Source: Cystobasidiomycetes sp. EMM_F5
Lineage: Eukaryota
Length of the DNA: 64,000 nucleotides
Reading direction: 5' to 3'
NCBI GenBank assembly: GCA_051047955.1
Contig: JBPGPT010000006.1
Coordinates: forward strand, 1 to 64,000
The position numbers and the translations under genes are program-made. The notes beneath the pieces are model-generated. The model saw only the letters and a list, made by a program, of their open reading frames with translations. It ran no database searches and had not been told where the DNA came from. Of the stretch, positions 35,689 to 49,605 are shown one piece after another (position 1 is the stretch's first letter; the number at the start of each line of letters is the position of its first letter).

Positions 35689-38600
35689 CTACTGCCGGGT
35701 GGTACTATATTGATCTGGACTACCACGATTTTGCAATGGTTCCAGGCAAGAATTGACCATCACGCCTGCAATCCCGCTTGCTACGCGATATTTGCGCTTA
35801 ACCCCACAATATGTCCTAAATGCTGCCTGTTCCGTCATTCTGTGGTATGATTCGCTGTACCGACTGATTGTTTCGGATATAAGTGAGATTGGCTGGCAGT
35901 CGAGCTTTGACAGACAACACACACCTGTCTACGCGCGACCGAACGCGTCGTGCGCGTAGTATTATCGGTATCTGGCGAGATACTATCGGTTCTTCGCTGT
36001 ATAAGTATAACAGTGAGTCAGTCACTTCAACTTGTGTGTTTCTTGGTAACCGAGCAAGGCCTACCAATTTCCTTCCACTGTCACCAGGGCGAGCCAGATG
36101 ACTTCGTGAGATACTACTGCCGCGCGGTGATTCGCATGATTCTAGGTCTGCGCGCCGTTTAGGCCGATTTACAGCTTGGCCAGAAGTTGTGAGGCCTTTC
36201 GTGTCAGCCTGGTACTTCTGCTCGAGCATTGTCGAAGGCTTCGACATCGTGGAGTTCTCGAAAATCTTGTTGACACTAGGGGTGATTGGTGGTTTGGTAC
36301 TCACGGAGTCGACACTGACTTTTAGTGAGACTTCTGCAGGAGGCAAACCTGCACTGCCGTTGACATCGAAAGCCGGAGAGCTCGTGAAAATTGCCGACAA
36401 CGCACTGCAGGAAGTATCAGGGTCTTGCGGAATCGAAGGCTGGCATTTGGAGCGCGAGGTTTCCTCCGACAAAAGCGCAAAACGATCTTGGAGGTCTCGG
36501 TACTTTCTGCTGAGTTTCTTATACTAAACACGCCGAGAGTGAGCACCGAGACGATGTCAGCAGTACATCACTTACTTCGTTCGCCTTAGATGCAACCTCC
36601 TGGTGGTTTAAGTCAGTCGTTGGTACAGGTCGCATGAATTTGGTCCTGACATACTCTGCCATGATGTTCACGTAAAGACTGCAGCTACGATGGAGATGGT
36701 GCTCGTAAGAGAACAGTCCTTATTCATAGTTACGTGTCCTACCTGCTGCGAAGGCTGGTCTGCAAGCGCTTCGAGTTTCTCCCGCACAGCCGCCATCTCC
36801 GCATCGTGCCTTTCCTGAGCCGCCGTACGAAGAGAGGACAATGCGTCGCACTCGGCATTAGCAGCAGCTTCGGCCTTGCGTAGGACATCAATCGAAACCT
36901 GTGACTGTCGTTCCCTGTCTTTCAACTGCTCAATTCTTGCCCATTGATCTTGCCGTCGCTCGAGCTCCGTTCGTAACTGGTCGAGTTGAGTTTGGCATCC
37001 CGATAGTTGGCTTAGCGCGACGGCCTCAGCAGTGACACTTTTCTGGTGATTTATGCTCATTTCTATGATGTCCAGCTTGGCGGCTCGCAACTGGTCCGTC
37101 AACATCCTGGTCTCAGTCGTAAGGCTACTTATCTGATGGACAAGCAGAACCTGAGATGCCGCTCAACTTCTGAGCCGACATGACTCGCCTTTGCTTCGCG
37201 AGTCAAACGTTCCGAAGCCATTTCTTCATGGCGCGCCGTCAGCTGCCGAAATTCTGCATCTTTCGCAATTATACTGGATCCAAGCTTGGAGGTCTCAGCA
37301 ACAGAGTCTTTGATCAGTTTGCCTAAGTCCTCGATACGGCAGCTCAGTTGGCTAATATCCTTCTCGGCTTGGCGAGAGGCTGCCTGCGGAATATCCGTCT
37401 TGAGAACGCTCAGATCACCCATAGATTTCGCCAAAGCAGTAAGATCCTCTTGTATGGACTGCAGAAGCGGTGATACAGCTTCGGCTTCTTCAGTCTTGCG
37501 TTGTATTTCTGCCGACAGGCGAATGGATTCTGCACGAACTGTCGGAAAGGCAACATCCAGTAGCTACACCCTCAAGTCCCAAGCTAACCTACCCGCTGTA
37601 ATCGTGCTTTCGAGGTTCTCCATCTTGCCTGTCTGGACTGCAAAAGCTGCAGAGCTGCTGATAAAGATCGCTTCTATAGCTGCAGAGGCATTCAGCCTGC
37701 GGCTGTTGACAAAGAGATGCATCTCACCGCCTAGTGCAGCTGAGGCTGACTCCGCGATGTCTTCGACTGTGAACTCCTCATCTTCAGTGATTTCCGGCAG
37801 ATCGCCTTCGCCCATTCCTCGGTCGAGACAGGTCGCACGGAAGCTGGTAGGCGCTTTAAGCAAGCAGCCGACACTACCGCATTGAGTGCCTTACGATGTC
37901 CATGAGCCCCTCAGCCTGACAGTCAAGGACCGCCATTGCTTCTCTTTAGTCTCGAGTCCATCTAGTCGTGTGCGGAGATCCGATGTTTCCGCCGCTTTTG
38001 TCTTTAACTTGGTTTGGAACTCCTCCAGAGTCTGCGTGACGTGCGCCTTCTCGCACGTTACGGAAGCCAGCTGATGGAAAAGTCAGGTGGAGTTTCTCCC
38101 AGAAGGGTCATCTCTGACCTGCGTAGCCCGTTGGCTTTCCGCTCGCAGCAATTTGTTTATCTCCGTCTCCAATGCTACAATCCTCGCCAGCGCTTCGTCT
38201 TGCTTCTTTTTGTGCACATGTCTCTCCGTTCTAGCGTCCTCCAGATGGAGGCGAGCTGTGCTAGCATCAGTTTGCAGCTTACTGAAATCGAACGTACTCA
38301 CACTGTTCAGCTAGAGCTCTTTGACATTCCTGCAATCTCATATCACTTTCTGTAAGAGATGTCTACAGTCCGCCAACCAGCAGATAAGCTTCAAGTCAAT
38401 CAAAGTTGAGGAATCCATACCTGAAGACGAGCAACTGCTTCTTCTGCGGAAGAGGACTTCCGACGCTCCTCCGCCAGGTCTAACTTCGATTGATGGATCA
38501 ATTCGTTTGCTTCCTTGAGCTGCAATTGTGCATGACTATTGCTCTGCAGGAGAGCGTCCGCCCGACCCTCTGCTAAATTTATAGCAGTGAGGAGCCCACT

Positions 38601-40732
38601 ACTCCGCGCTTCGTATGTCACCGTGCTGCGACCTGCAGGGAGAGTTACAGCCAGCTTCGACAACCCGACTGCTTCAGCCTAAACTAACCATATTCACGGG
38701 TAGCATTGTCTGCAAATCATCACTCAGTGAGGGCACTTGGCAAGAGGGCATGTAGATCTGCGTACCGAATGACTCAGTCAAAGTCCGCATTCGTGCTTCC
38801 GCCTTGTCCCGCTCTGCCGTCGAGGAGGCTAAGCTTGCTTGAGTTGCGTCGAGTTTCTCCGAAAGAGTCACGATGGTTCGCTGACTTTCACTGTAACGGT
38901 CCTTCACCTCTCTCAATTCGTCTTCAGCTGCAGAGACCCGTATATTATTGCCACGTAGACTTCGACTATAACTCGCTTGTACGCACCTTGTCTCAATGCC
39001 CGTGTGACCTCTTGTAAACTTGTATCGGACTTGCTCACTTGTTCCCGCTTATCGAGCTCAGCTACATGTGCGTTACGAATGTCTACGATAATTCTCAGTC
39101 GAGCTGCCATCGCCTCATCACGTCCGGACGTACCGCTTAGCGCCTCATCAAGCAAGCTCTGAAAGACGACAGCTACGTCTTCTTCGATAGTCGCTTCTCC
39201 TAACCTTGATACGAGTCGAGCGGGATGATCCATGCCAGCTTTCGCCAGACTTGCATCCACACTGAATGTGAGCAAACAATGTAAACGCAATATCCCTGCT
39301 AGGCGCTATTGTATAATTGTACTCACGATGCCAATGCAAGCATGTAAGCCGTCTTGCTCGTCTCCTTCGCATTTCGCTCGCCGCTTTTAGCAGACATAAC
39401 ATCCGTCTGAAGAGAGACAATAGTTGCATCAAGTTTCGCTTTCTCAGCGGCAAATCCAGCGGCCGTTTCTGCATTCTGTCGCGCGCAGTACTCGGCTTTT
39501 GTTGTGTGATCTAATGCAGTTCGCTCCGCTGCGTGCTTCTCCGCTTGCAATTGCTGCACTTGTGCCCGCAGAGTATCTAGCTGAGTCTCAGCTGTTACGA
39601 GGGCCTTTTTGCGCCTCTCTGATTGCGCTAGCTGTTGAAGTCGAAATATTTAGCGTCAGCTCGTTACGAAAATTATACGACTTACAATTTGTGCAATGAC
39701 GCCAGCGTCCCCAGGCGATCCATTGTCTACTGTACGCGCAGGCGGACTCGCTGCCATCGATGTTGTATGAGCAGTGTAATCTCGATGCGGCGCAGCAGGC
39801 GTGAGCGGAGGATCATTCTCCTTGCTTAATGCAGCTGCCAATACAGGGGCCTTGGTATGATTTGTCAATGCAGACGCAGTCTTGACGACATTTGCGTCTC
39901 TTGCTTTCAATGGTGGACCTGCATTTGCCTTGAGCTGCTTGCGCACGGTCGGATCAATCAAGCCGGCAGTCGGAGGCTTCTGAGTAAGAGGAAGAGGCTT
40001 AGACGGCGTGCCCTTAGGAGACGCATCTGACACTGCTACGCCGGACGTTGCCAACGGGTTCTTGTTGCGAATGCCACCTGGCGCCAGAAGATTCGTTCGT
40101 ACTCTTTTGCGATCAGATTGTGAGGCCGGTACGGCTTCAGTATCTACATCCACAAGCGCATTCGGTCTTTTATCTGGTCGGACAATCTGTCCGGAAGGGT
40201 TAGAAGACGCCTTCTTTCTGTCGGTAAGCGCAGCTTGTCGTGCAGTGGTCATCAAACGTCGCTGAGATGCAACAGGTGTCACAATTCGTGACGTAGCTTG
40301 ACTTGGTGCAGCAATGTCCGGCGACAGCCGCTGGACATTGGCTTCGGCGGCGTCCACCAAGCTGGGCTGCTGTAAGGCGTCCGCAGCAACAGACGCTTGG
40401 GGAGAGCTTGTTGGTGGTTCATCTACTTCATTGATGATGGAGAGCGTGGAGGCAGCTTCGTCATTGCGCCGAGGGTCATCGACATCGGTGGGAGTCGAAT
40501 CCTTGCGCCAAGACAGCGGAATCTCAGTCATTGTCGAAGTAAGTCGTCCCGCTTGATGAACATCAGTGATAGGAGAGAAAGAATCCGCATGGCGAGTGTG
40601 CTGAGATTGATGAATCTGCGGCTTCTGCAATGACGTGGGAGGAGTGGCAACGCGAGGCTGTCCCCACTTCAGCTGTGAGAAACCTATTGCTGCAGGTATA
40701 CTAGCTTTGATGGGGCCAGGCTCGTTGTCCAT
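35689..40732 (-). CDS. Large multi-exon coiled-coil protein of unknown function (3' end uncertain)
   Basis: Chain of minus-strand ORFs linked by GT-AG introns. P/S/T-rich N-terminus, then long E/Q/L/A/K heptad-rich segments. No recognisable domain. Confidence 0.55.
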
Positions 40733-41207
40733 ATTACGAAGAGCGGTACGTTTCTGTGAAACCACGCTCCAGCCTCCACAAACTCAACCAAGCGGGCGTA
40801 CGCAGCGCAGTCCCGGTTAGTCTATGTCTGCATGCACAGCGTCAGTGTTGGTGCTGTGTTTGGGGAATGACGGGCGGGAAGAGAAGTTGTTGGTCAGAAA
40901 GAAAGGAGTGAGAAGGTGTTTTGAGTGGCGGAATGACCGTCTCCAACGGCAGAGGCACTGAGACAAATACGTAAAATATGGAAAAGATTGTGGAAAACAT
41001 ATAGACATTGATGCAGGATACAGTCTAGAGGCATAACGACGACCAGAAACTCAGCCCCGTGCCGCATCCGTCGAAACATAGCAAGGCCGGCGGCAAGCCA
41101 GACTACAAGTACATGGACATCGTATTAGCAAGTCAAGTAATAGAGTCGGTATTAGCTGAGATATGCTGTCAAATGTATGGTTCGGTGTCGAGCCAGTAGA
41201 GATCCAG

Positions 41208-42112
41208 CTACATGACAACGCAGCAAGAATTTTGCTGTGAATTGATGGAAGACATTAGTTTAGCAGGACGGTGGGATCACGCAAGACGTACCTTCTTTGC
41301 TGTCTTGTAAAACATCTTGCTCTGCGCGCTGAGAGCATTAGACCGGTCGACCAGACTGTCGAGCTTTTCTCCACGCTCGAGGACTGATTCGATGGTCTTG
41401 TGCTGTGAGCGATGAGATTTCAGCAAAGCGAACGACACCATCGAAAGTTTCTACGTACCAGAATAATCTTTGTCTCATCCAGCTCTTGCTGCACCTTCAT
41501 TATGGTATCTGCCTGCTTCGGGTCTTGGTATTTTTGCAAGTAGGTATGCAATTGCTGCCATTCCAACTCCTTGAACTTGTTTGCCGGATTTGCCCTCGCG
41601 TTTGTCACATCGCTCTCATACCGCTCCTTGGGGTACGTCTGCTGAAATTCGTCTGTGATCTTGTTTAGCACCGAGAATGCTACTCGGACGGGATATTCGT
41701 CGTCGGTGACCATGACCGCCGCCAGGTCTCCAGTATTTGGCGTGCAAAATACATGGAACGTGTATGCTTGTTCCTTGGCAGACTGGCGTTGTCCAGCCTT
41801 GGTCCGGCTGGCAGGTTTGCGGTCATCAGCCATCGCCCGAAGACGGCGTCACAGCCCGGTCGAGCACCTACTTTGCGAGCGTCTTGGAGAAGAAGGTCAA
41901 GAACTCGCTGATGCTGTAGTTTGCTCCCAGAATCAGCCCGATACCCAGCCAAAATGTGGTCTAGGCTGCCCAGTCTCTAGCGATAGGCCACGATGAACCC
42001 ACCTGCCCTTCTGATAGAACGAGTAGGCCGACAGATCCGATGCATGCACCACTGGCACAGCGCTCTCGGCGGCAGCGCTCTTGCTGAACAGCTGAATGTG
42101 CAGAATCTTCAT
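41208..42112 (-). CDS. YKT6: Longin R-SNARE Ykt6
   Basis: [44 protein letters not shown], and C-terminal NSCCVVM* prenylation motif. Confidence 0.96.
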
Positions 42113-42582
42113 GTTTTCAGTATTGGGTTGATGCTGAAGTGACGACAAGGCTGGCCAGGCGGGGCTCGCACGTCACGACCGGGCGAGATAACTCGAATGT
42201 CGCAAAAGCTGACGCAAACGAGCTGGAATGATTACTAACAACCTAATGTAGTCTGTAAACATCTCTAAAGCTTCTCTACTAATTTATACCCATCTCGTCC
42301 AGCTTTACGGGGCACGGTAAGACGATCCATCCGGAACGAAGGGTTTCAGCGGAAGGCCTACAACGCATGCGTACATGCTTGCCTCCACAGCCCTTGAAAG
42401 ACTGATGAACGCTGACCCGAAGCGTGCGTCGGGGTGGTCTGACTTGCGCAACATCGCCGCAACCAAAATGACGGGGATACGATGCAGACAATCTAGTATC
42501 TCGCAGCGCTGAACGTACGCATTCGTGAAGTGAAAAGCTCATTGATGGTCTGCATTATACACACTAATAGTGATCAGCCGCT

Positions 42583-42949
42583 ATGAGCTCGTCAAGAGGA
42601 TCCGCGCGAGTCACCAAGACGACACAGACCAAATACTTGGCACCGATACCACGCAGCAGTTCAGGACGCTCTAGTCGAAGTCGAACTTCAAGGTGAGCAG
42701 TAAACATCGTGCTCAGCGTCAAGTAGTCACACATTCTACCACCAATCCAGGTATTACCCCCAGTTACAATCGCCAAGGCAGTCTCCTTACGACACGCCGT
42801 ATAATCAGGGATACAATAACGGTGGATACCCAGATCAACAGGCATACGCACATCAGCAACAGCAATATGCCGATGAGCACGATTATCCACCGCCTGGCGG
42901 TCGTGAAGGTGGCGAGGGCGGCTGCTGTGGAAGATGCATCATATCGTGA
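42583..42949 (+). CDS. Small (102 aa) Q/Y/P-rich protein ending in a CaaX box (GGCCGRCIIS*)
   Basis: Exons 42583-42692 and 42751-42949 with a GTGAGC...CCAG intron (weak branch site) give an uninterrupted frame ending in CIIS-stop. Confidence 0.6.
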
Positions 42950-43428
42950 AGATGGGTAGCAAGCTACGATTACAGTCGAGACCCCGAGGCGGTAGATGTG
43001 AGTGCTACAGTAGGAGTGCTAGAATGCTTCTTTTTTGTAAGTCCTGGCGCACCATTAGCAGGTACCTTTACGGAGACCGCTTTTACGGCCACAACGCCAA
43101 CACTATCGCCTCAGCGGGTGCCAGTGCGTTACTCGAATGCGAGTGCTTTTCATAGGTATCAAGGGCCTTGTCAGCTTTTACGCGTCAGTGAAGTTTTGCC
43201 ACCATTGCCGAAACCCCACTCAGCCAAAAGTAATGGCAGGAATGCGTTAGACGGTAGATATCCCTGCGTTGTCACTACTTCTACAGTACAAGTAGGACCC
43301 CGTTGTAGCCGAGACGACGGATTCAACAACGGTCGTCTGGCTGAGACTTGCCGTACAAAACAGAATGCTCGAGATGGCAACGACAAGCCCAATTCGCTGA
43401 ACTGTTAAGCAATCGTGTAAAGGATCGC

Positions 43429-46400
43429 TTACAGCTTGCTGTGAAGAGTTGGCAAGCAAGTCAGACAGGCTACTTTTGCCACTGAGGGGAGATATACATA
43501 CTCGTAGTAATCGGCAAGGACGGGTGGCGAGACCTTGAGGCCCTTGCGCTGCCTGATCTCCAACATGAGCGCCTCAGGTTTAGATCCCGGATCCAGAGGA
43601 GATCCTGGCAGAAGTTGCCCTGCAAAAACAAAAAATTAGTCAAAAGTCGGACAACGTTACTCAACAACTTAAAATGTGAGAAAACCATTTGCGGGAAAGC
43701 TTGTCCTCCTGTAGCTTGTCGTAATTCTCCAGTGAAGCCGAAGGACTCGGCGACTGGCAGGTACGCCTTGACCGTGTACATTGGTGTGCCTGGTCTTTGC
43801 TCCTCCGAGAAAACATGTCCACGCTTCTTGTTGAGGGTAGAGTAGATACCACCGAGACCAGTCTCTGGGCAGACAATCTCGACAAGGTAGACCGGCTCCT
43901 GGAAGCCTGGCTTGGCCATAATGGCCGCGGCGTAAATGACGCGGCGCATGGTAGGGATGATCTGACCACCACCGCGATGGATAGCATCGGTATGGAGGGT
44001 AACATCGAGGATATTAAAGCGTGTACCACGCATGTTCTCCTCTGAGCAGACACCTTCCTTGGAAGCCCACTGGAAGGCAGCAACGCAAGAATCCTTGATT
44101 TCGTTCAAGTATTGTACGGCCTTGGTGGTGTCGACAAGCAAATTTGGTCCAGAAGTATCTGGTCCAAAACACCATATCTTTCGGGCTTCCGTGACATCCC
44201 AGCCGTACTCATCAGCCATGAGACGGGCTCGGAGCTTGAAGTCATCGCGCGGAGCGATCTTGCCGGTTTCGATAGCCTTGGAAACCTCCTCGTCCAGAGG
44301 CGCACCCTTGACCCAGATACGGTTGTGCTTGTTCTGCGACTTGGACAGAGCCTGATCGTAAGACTCTTCCTGGACAGTCTCTCTGTAGCCAACGACGGGC
44401 TTGGAGATCTTGAGCGGGATACCAGCGTGGTCCTCTTCGAGATCCTTGAGGCAGATTTCCAAATGCAGCTCACCCGCACCGGCGACAATGTGCTCACCAG
44501 ACTCGGAGATTGTGGCAATTACGCACGGATCGGATTTGGATAGGCGCTTCAGACCTTCGACAAGCTTTGGCAAGTCGTTGGCGTTCTTGACTTCTACGGC
44601 GACCTGTACAACTGGAGATACGGAAAACTTCATGACCTTCAAGTTGTGCGCCACTTCGGATGTCGTAAGGGTACCGTTCTTGAGCAAGAATTGATCAACA
44701 CCGACCAGACCGACGATGTTACCAGCCGGGCAATCCTCAATAGGGTCAACCTTGCCGCCCATCATGAGTACGGTTCGTTGAACAGACTTGACGAACAAAT
44801 CGTCCTTCTTTCCTGGCAGGTAATTTGGTCCCTGAATGCGAATTTTGGGGCCGGCGGATACTGTACCAGAGAAGACACGTCCGAAAGCATAGAATCGACC
44901 TTTGTCGGAAGTCGGTACCATCTTGGATACGTACAACATGAGAGGACCCTTGGCATCGCAATCACGGATAGCGATAGCGCACTCGTCATCCATAGGACCC
45001 TCGTACAGGGTTTCAACACGGTAGCGTTGAGCGGTGACTGGCGAAGGAAGGTTGATGACTATCATTTCCAGAAGCGAATCGCCTGCCGGCAGGAACTTCT
45101 TCATGATTGTCTTCAACAGGGTCTTTCCTTCCTGGTCACGTTCGTCCTGCTTGAGGACAATGTCAAGCTTATCGAGAATCGGGCCAATGTCATCCTTCTT
45201 GAAGTTCATAACGGCTTCGAAAATTTTGAAAATTGGGTCGAGGACGAACATGTTGAAGCATCGCTCCAAAGGCTTGCCTTCGGCATCAATGCCCTTGGTA
45301 GTCCACTTCTTGGTCTTCGGGTTGAAGTAGTTATCACCCCACAGCTTGGGCAAAAGCTGTAGTGGCAATCGAAGCAGGAATAGCCGAGGGTATCAGTACG
45401 ACCGTTGGAATCTACGACTGAGTATTGACTGACCTTCTCCTTGTCTACACCGAACTTCTTGGAGTAGCGGGCTGCGAATTGACGGAGGGTGAAGGCCCAG
45501 CCGTGGAGACCGGATCCGAAGGCTACGGTGCCCTTCTCTGGGTAGACTTGAACATCACCAAGAGCCTTGTCGTTGTAGGTAGCGATTATCACGTTGACGG
45601 ATTCGATTGTCCGATTGAAGGACTGATAGAGATCCTCCTTGGCGACCTGCAATTCAAGTAGGGCTCGGTCGACCTTGTTGATGATGACGACCGGCTTGAT
45701 GCGCTCAGTCAAAGCTTGACGCAGTACAGTCTCGGTTTGCACGCAAACACCATCAACGCAATCGACGACAACGAGGGCACCATCGGTGACGCGGAGGGCG
45801 GCAGTCACTTCGGACGAGAAATCTACGTGTCCTGGTGAATCAATCAGATTGATCAAGAAGTCGGCACCTAAAGAATATATAATGTCAGTACAAGGTTAGC
45901 AGGATGTCGTATGCGTATGACCCACCCTCAGTCTTCTGCTTGATGGCTGGAAGATCGTCCTTTGGCATCTCGAAGTACATGGAAATAGCAGTGGACTTGA
46001 TTGTAATACCACGTTCTTGCTCGTCTGCACGCGTATCCATTGCACGAGCATCACCACCTCTGGCGGAGGCCACGATACCGGCCTTGACCAAAAGCGAGTC
46101 GGTGAGGGTAGACTTGCCGTGGTCGACGTGGGCAATGACTGTGTCGGCTGTTAGCGCAGCTCTCTTGAAGTTGGACGCTATGTGGTCAGGTATGCTCACC
46201 GGACATGTTGCCTGCACGAAACGAGAGCAAAAGATTGCCAACATCAGATGCGCGATTTCAAATCGGTAGGGCCGGCTTGAGACTTACGGATGTTTGATGG
46301 CACATCCATGAGCGCACGCACTTGGCTGTAGCGTAATGAGAATGCAGGTCATCGTCAGTATCATGTTAGGTTCGCCGCTTGGGCGTTATAAGTCAGCGAA

Positions 46401-46503
46401 AAATCGGCATACTCGACGGTGAAGTTAACTAGAAACGGCGGGATCCACGGTTAGCGCGTACTCCACAGCCAATAGGACCCAAATGAGCTCTCAACCTACC
46501 CAT
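43429..46503 (-). CDS. EFT2: Translation elongation factor 2
   Basis: [41 protein letters not shown], diphthamide loop [12 protein letters not shown], end YYDKL*. Confidence 0.98.
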
Positions 46504-47024
46504 CTTGGCGTATTTTCTGTTTTATTCAGTTACGGGACCCTGGTTTTCTTTTTCCTGCAAGGTAAAACTTAGCTTTGAAACGGGCTCAATAAGCCCAACG
46601 CAACCGCGCTGGCTCGCTGTGCTGGCGAACACACCTTGTAATGAAATATCTGCGCTGCCGCCTGGTCTAGGACTGGTTCGCAGTTGGATCGCGGAAGACC
46701 CAGCCAAATCGCCCTCGATTGGCCTTGCAAAATTCAGCGTAGCTTATGGTCGGCAACGGGGCAACACGCAAAACGGTCAAAAAGAGCACGACAAGCCAGC
46801 AGAGCATAGCTGTTTATTGCGCAACAACAACTTGTGAGGAAACCGCGGTCTTCTCCGCTTCTCCGCGTCAGTTTAAGAGCATTTTCCCACCATAAACGAC
46901 ATTGCACCGTCCTGTTTGCGATGTGCTCCCCGACATCAACATTTTGGGACTCCTCAACTTCACTGACTTGCATATGCTCTTGCGAAGTTGACTATCTTAT
47001 TGCCCCGTGACTACGTCTAGATAG

Positions 47025-49069
47025 TTAATCCAGATCCAAATCCAGGTCAGGTTGCGTCTCGTTCGTGTCACGACCACGGTCGTCGGGCCTGTTAGCGCTC
47101 GTTGTTGCATTTGAAGCTCCTGAAGCAGGCTGAGATTGCTCAGCGGCACGATTGACTGCAGAGCGACCAAACAGATTTGAGAAGAAATCGCCGACAGACC
47201 CACTGCTCGGCATTCGAGAGCCACCTTCTATAGGCGGCGAGTTCGGCAATGAAGGAGAGATTGGCGTAGAATTCTGTCTCTGTGGTGCTTGTCGTCCACC
47301 TTGTACTCCCGATGTGCCTGGCGCTTGGGCCGTTTCAGGCTGTTCAACCAGAGCGAAGCGGCACACAGCTGAGGGAAGCGGCCTGAAATAAGTGAAATGG
47401 ACATGCGATGAATAGCCGCTACTTACGACAGGTGCCGCTGCGCTCCAACCATGGGGTGATGCAGTCTGGATGAAAAAGGTGATTACACGGCAACCTGTAG
47501 TGACACCCGGCCCTATCAGAATCGCGGACACGGCATGAATCTGCAGTAATACTTACTTCAGGGCCTCCTCATCCTTTTGAAAGTCGTCTTTGCAAACGGC
47601 ACAATCTTGAATGGTGGCGCTCGATAGGAGTTCGTCTGTCATCTTAAAGCGTGGAAGGTCTCTGATGACTTCCGCGGGAGCTGGCTGTGGCCCATATCTA
47701 CCGTTTGCTTGATTGAGCATCTCAGTTATGAAGCTGTTTACATCACAGATTTAGCATAGAGCCAATGGGGCGGATTTTGCATGTACGTACTTGTCCATTG
47801 CGCCCTGCGAGAAGATGTAATCGCCCATCTGTCCAGGAGCGCCGCCGCCGCCGCCGCCGCCGCCTGGCATCATCATGCTAAAGGGGAATGGCATGCCCTG
47901 CTGCCCTTCCCCGCCTGTGCCTGGCTGTCCTGTTGTGTACGTAAAAACAGTACCACCCGGTCCTCCGAACATTACTCGGCCTTGGAAACCCCCTCCCATC
48001 TGCCGCGGCTGATTGTCGCCTCCTGCGTGACCTCCCCCGATAGGCACACCAAAGCTGGAAGCCAATGTAGAAAGCATTGCCGACAGAGGGTCTTCGCCAA
48101 GGGAATGTGAGGGACCACGCTGGTCTTGCCCTTCACGAAGGGAGGAGGTCTGCGAGCCTGATGGCGAGTTGCCTTGCGCCTGCTGTGTGGCGGCAGATGG
48201 GGCAAAAGCATCCTGCAGGAACGACGCCAGATTTCGTATTGGCACATTCTCATTATTGTCACTGTCTGACAAGGTCTGAAATGCGCGCGGTTCATCTTCC
48301 ACTCTTCTTGTACTTCTAGGAGGTCCAGAATTGCTCGATGTTGACCACACAAATGTCGCTGGTCCAGCCCGGAAGGTACTGGAAGATGAGCCTGAAGGAA
48401 CAGCTTCACTAGGAGGCTCAGGATAGGCCCCTGGCACAGCTGATGTACTTTGTCCTGCTCGTCTTTCAGCAGCTTGCGCAGCCGCCTGAGCGGGATTGAC
48501 AGGTTGTGGCGTATCCGTATTACTGTTGTTTGAAGTATCTCTCGACTGCTGCTGCTGCTGATGCATGCTAGCTTGCATACCATTGAAAAGCTGCTGCATT
48601 AGTTGACCAAAAGGACCCGGCATCTGGCTACCAGGTCTTGCGTCACCATTGCCGGGCATAAAGAAGGCCCCTGCAGGCATGCCATTGTCCACGTCGTGTG
48701 GATTATCAAATTCGTGGGGGTCGTCTACGCTGTCTCTGCGGCAGAGTTCATATTCATCATCGTTAGTTTGTCGCTTGCATCATTCGTCAAGGTTGGGTTC
48801 AGCTTCGGACAATATGCCCAGCGAAGGCCGGCCTCGCAGATGAGGAGGGAGCTGTTTCCGCTTTAACATCAATGCAAAACTCACTCTAGCTTTTCCACAA
48901 AGTCGCTGCGACACCGGGGACACGTCGGGTCTGGCACCCTCAGCAGGTCATTGTCGGGTATATCGAGCTGACACTGATGGCAGAACCACTGCGCTCTCGG
49001 TGGCCGTGCAGATTGACCGCCCTCAGCATACGGGTTATTGCTGTAGTCGTTGGGATTCTGTCGCTGCAT
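47025..49069 (-). CDS. RNF126/RNF115-like E3 ubiquitin ligase (zinc ribbon plus RING-H2)
   Basis: N-terminal WFCHQC..PTCPRCRSDFVE, GQMGDY, and spliced RING CAVCKDDF..LPCNHLFHPDCITPWL..SGTCPVCRF. Confidence 0.88.
47841..47864 (-). repeat. (GGC)8 repeat encoding poly-Gly in the RING ligase
   Basis: (GCC)8 on the plus strand, read directly. Confidence 0.9.
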
Positions 49070-49605
49070 GTCGGTACAGGTGTCAAATAGCGAGTGGTCA
49101 GAAGGCCGCGATGCACTAACTTCACCATCAAACAAGGAGTGTCGCTACTAATTAAGGCGTCAAGTACTGGACATGCAGCACAGAAATTGATTAAAATATC
49201 CGTTTCCCGATATCTCTACGACCCGTAAGAAAAGCAGAAATTGATTAAACCCAATGTCCATTACAAATATAGAGATCATTTCGAAAATTACTACCGCTTT
49301 TCAGCCAGGTCTGTGCGCTCGTCTCAGCCTGGAGTCAGGTTCCTTCAAGATAAGTTGGGCCGAGTGAGCCTGCACGTCTACAATTCGGACAGGCGGGCCA
49401 GACGTATTGCGACAGCCAGGCATTGGCATTCGGCAGCCAAGCGCGCTACATCAGGGACCAGCCGTACAGTAGTCTATGCACGAATTCGCTTACTGTACAC
49501 ACAACTTTGGAGTTGGATTTCAAGGCACCTTTTGATGGCTAATTCAACACACATCCAGATGCACCGTATGAGGACTATCTGCCTTTATAACTATTACGAA
49601 GAATT

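Noticed and set aside
43615..45362. Long plus-strand ORFs antisense to EF-2 (similar shadows occur over ARB1, the PPR gene and the Mim1 gene)
   Set aside because: Expected by-product of codon bias and GC content on the coding strand; no independent protein features.
46640..46720. GGTTCG-containing GC-rich stretch upstream of EF-2 as a possible tRNA
   Set aside because: No T-loop consensus or cloverleaf could be built; more likely promoter sequence.
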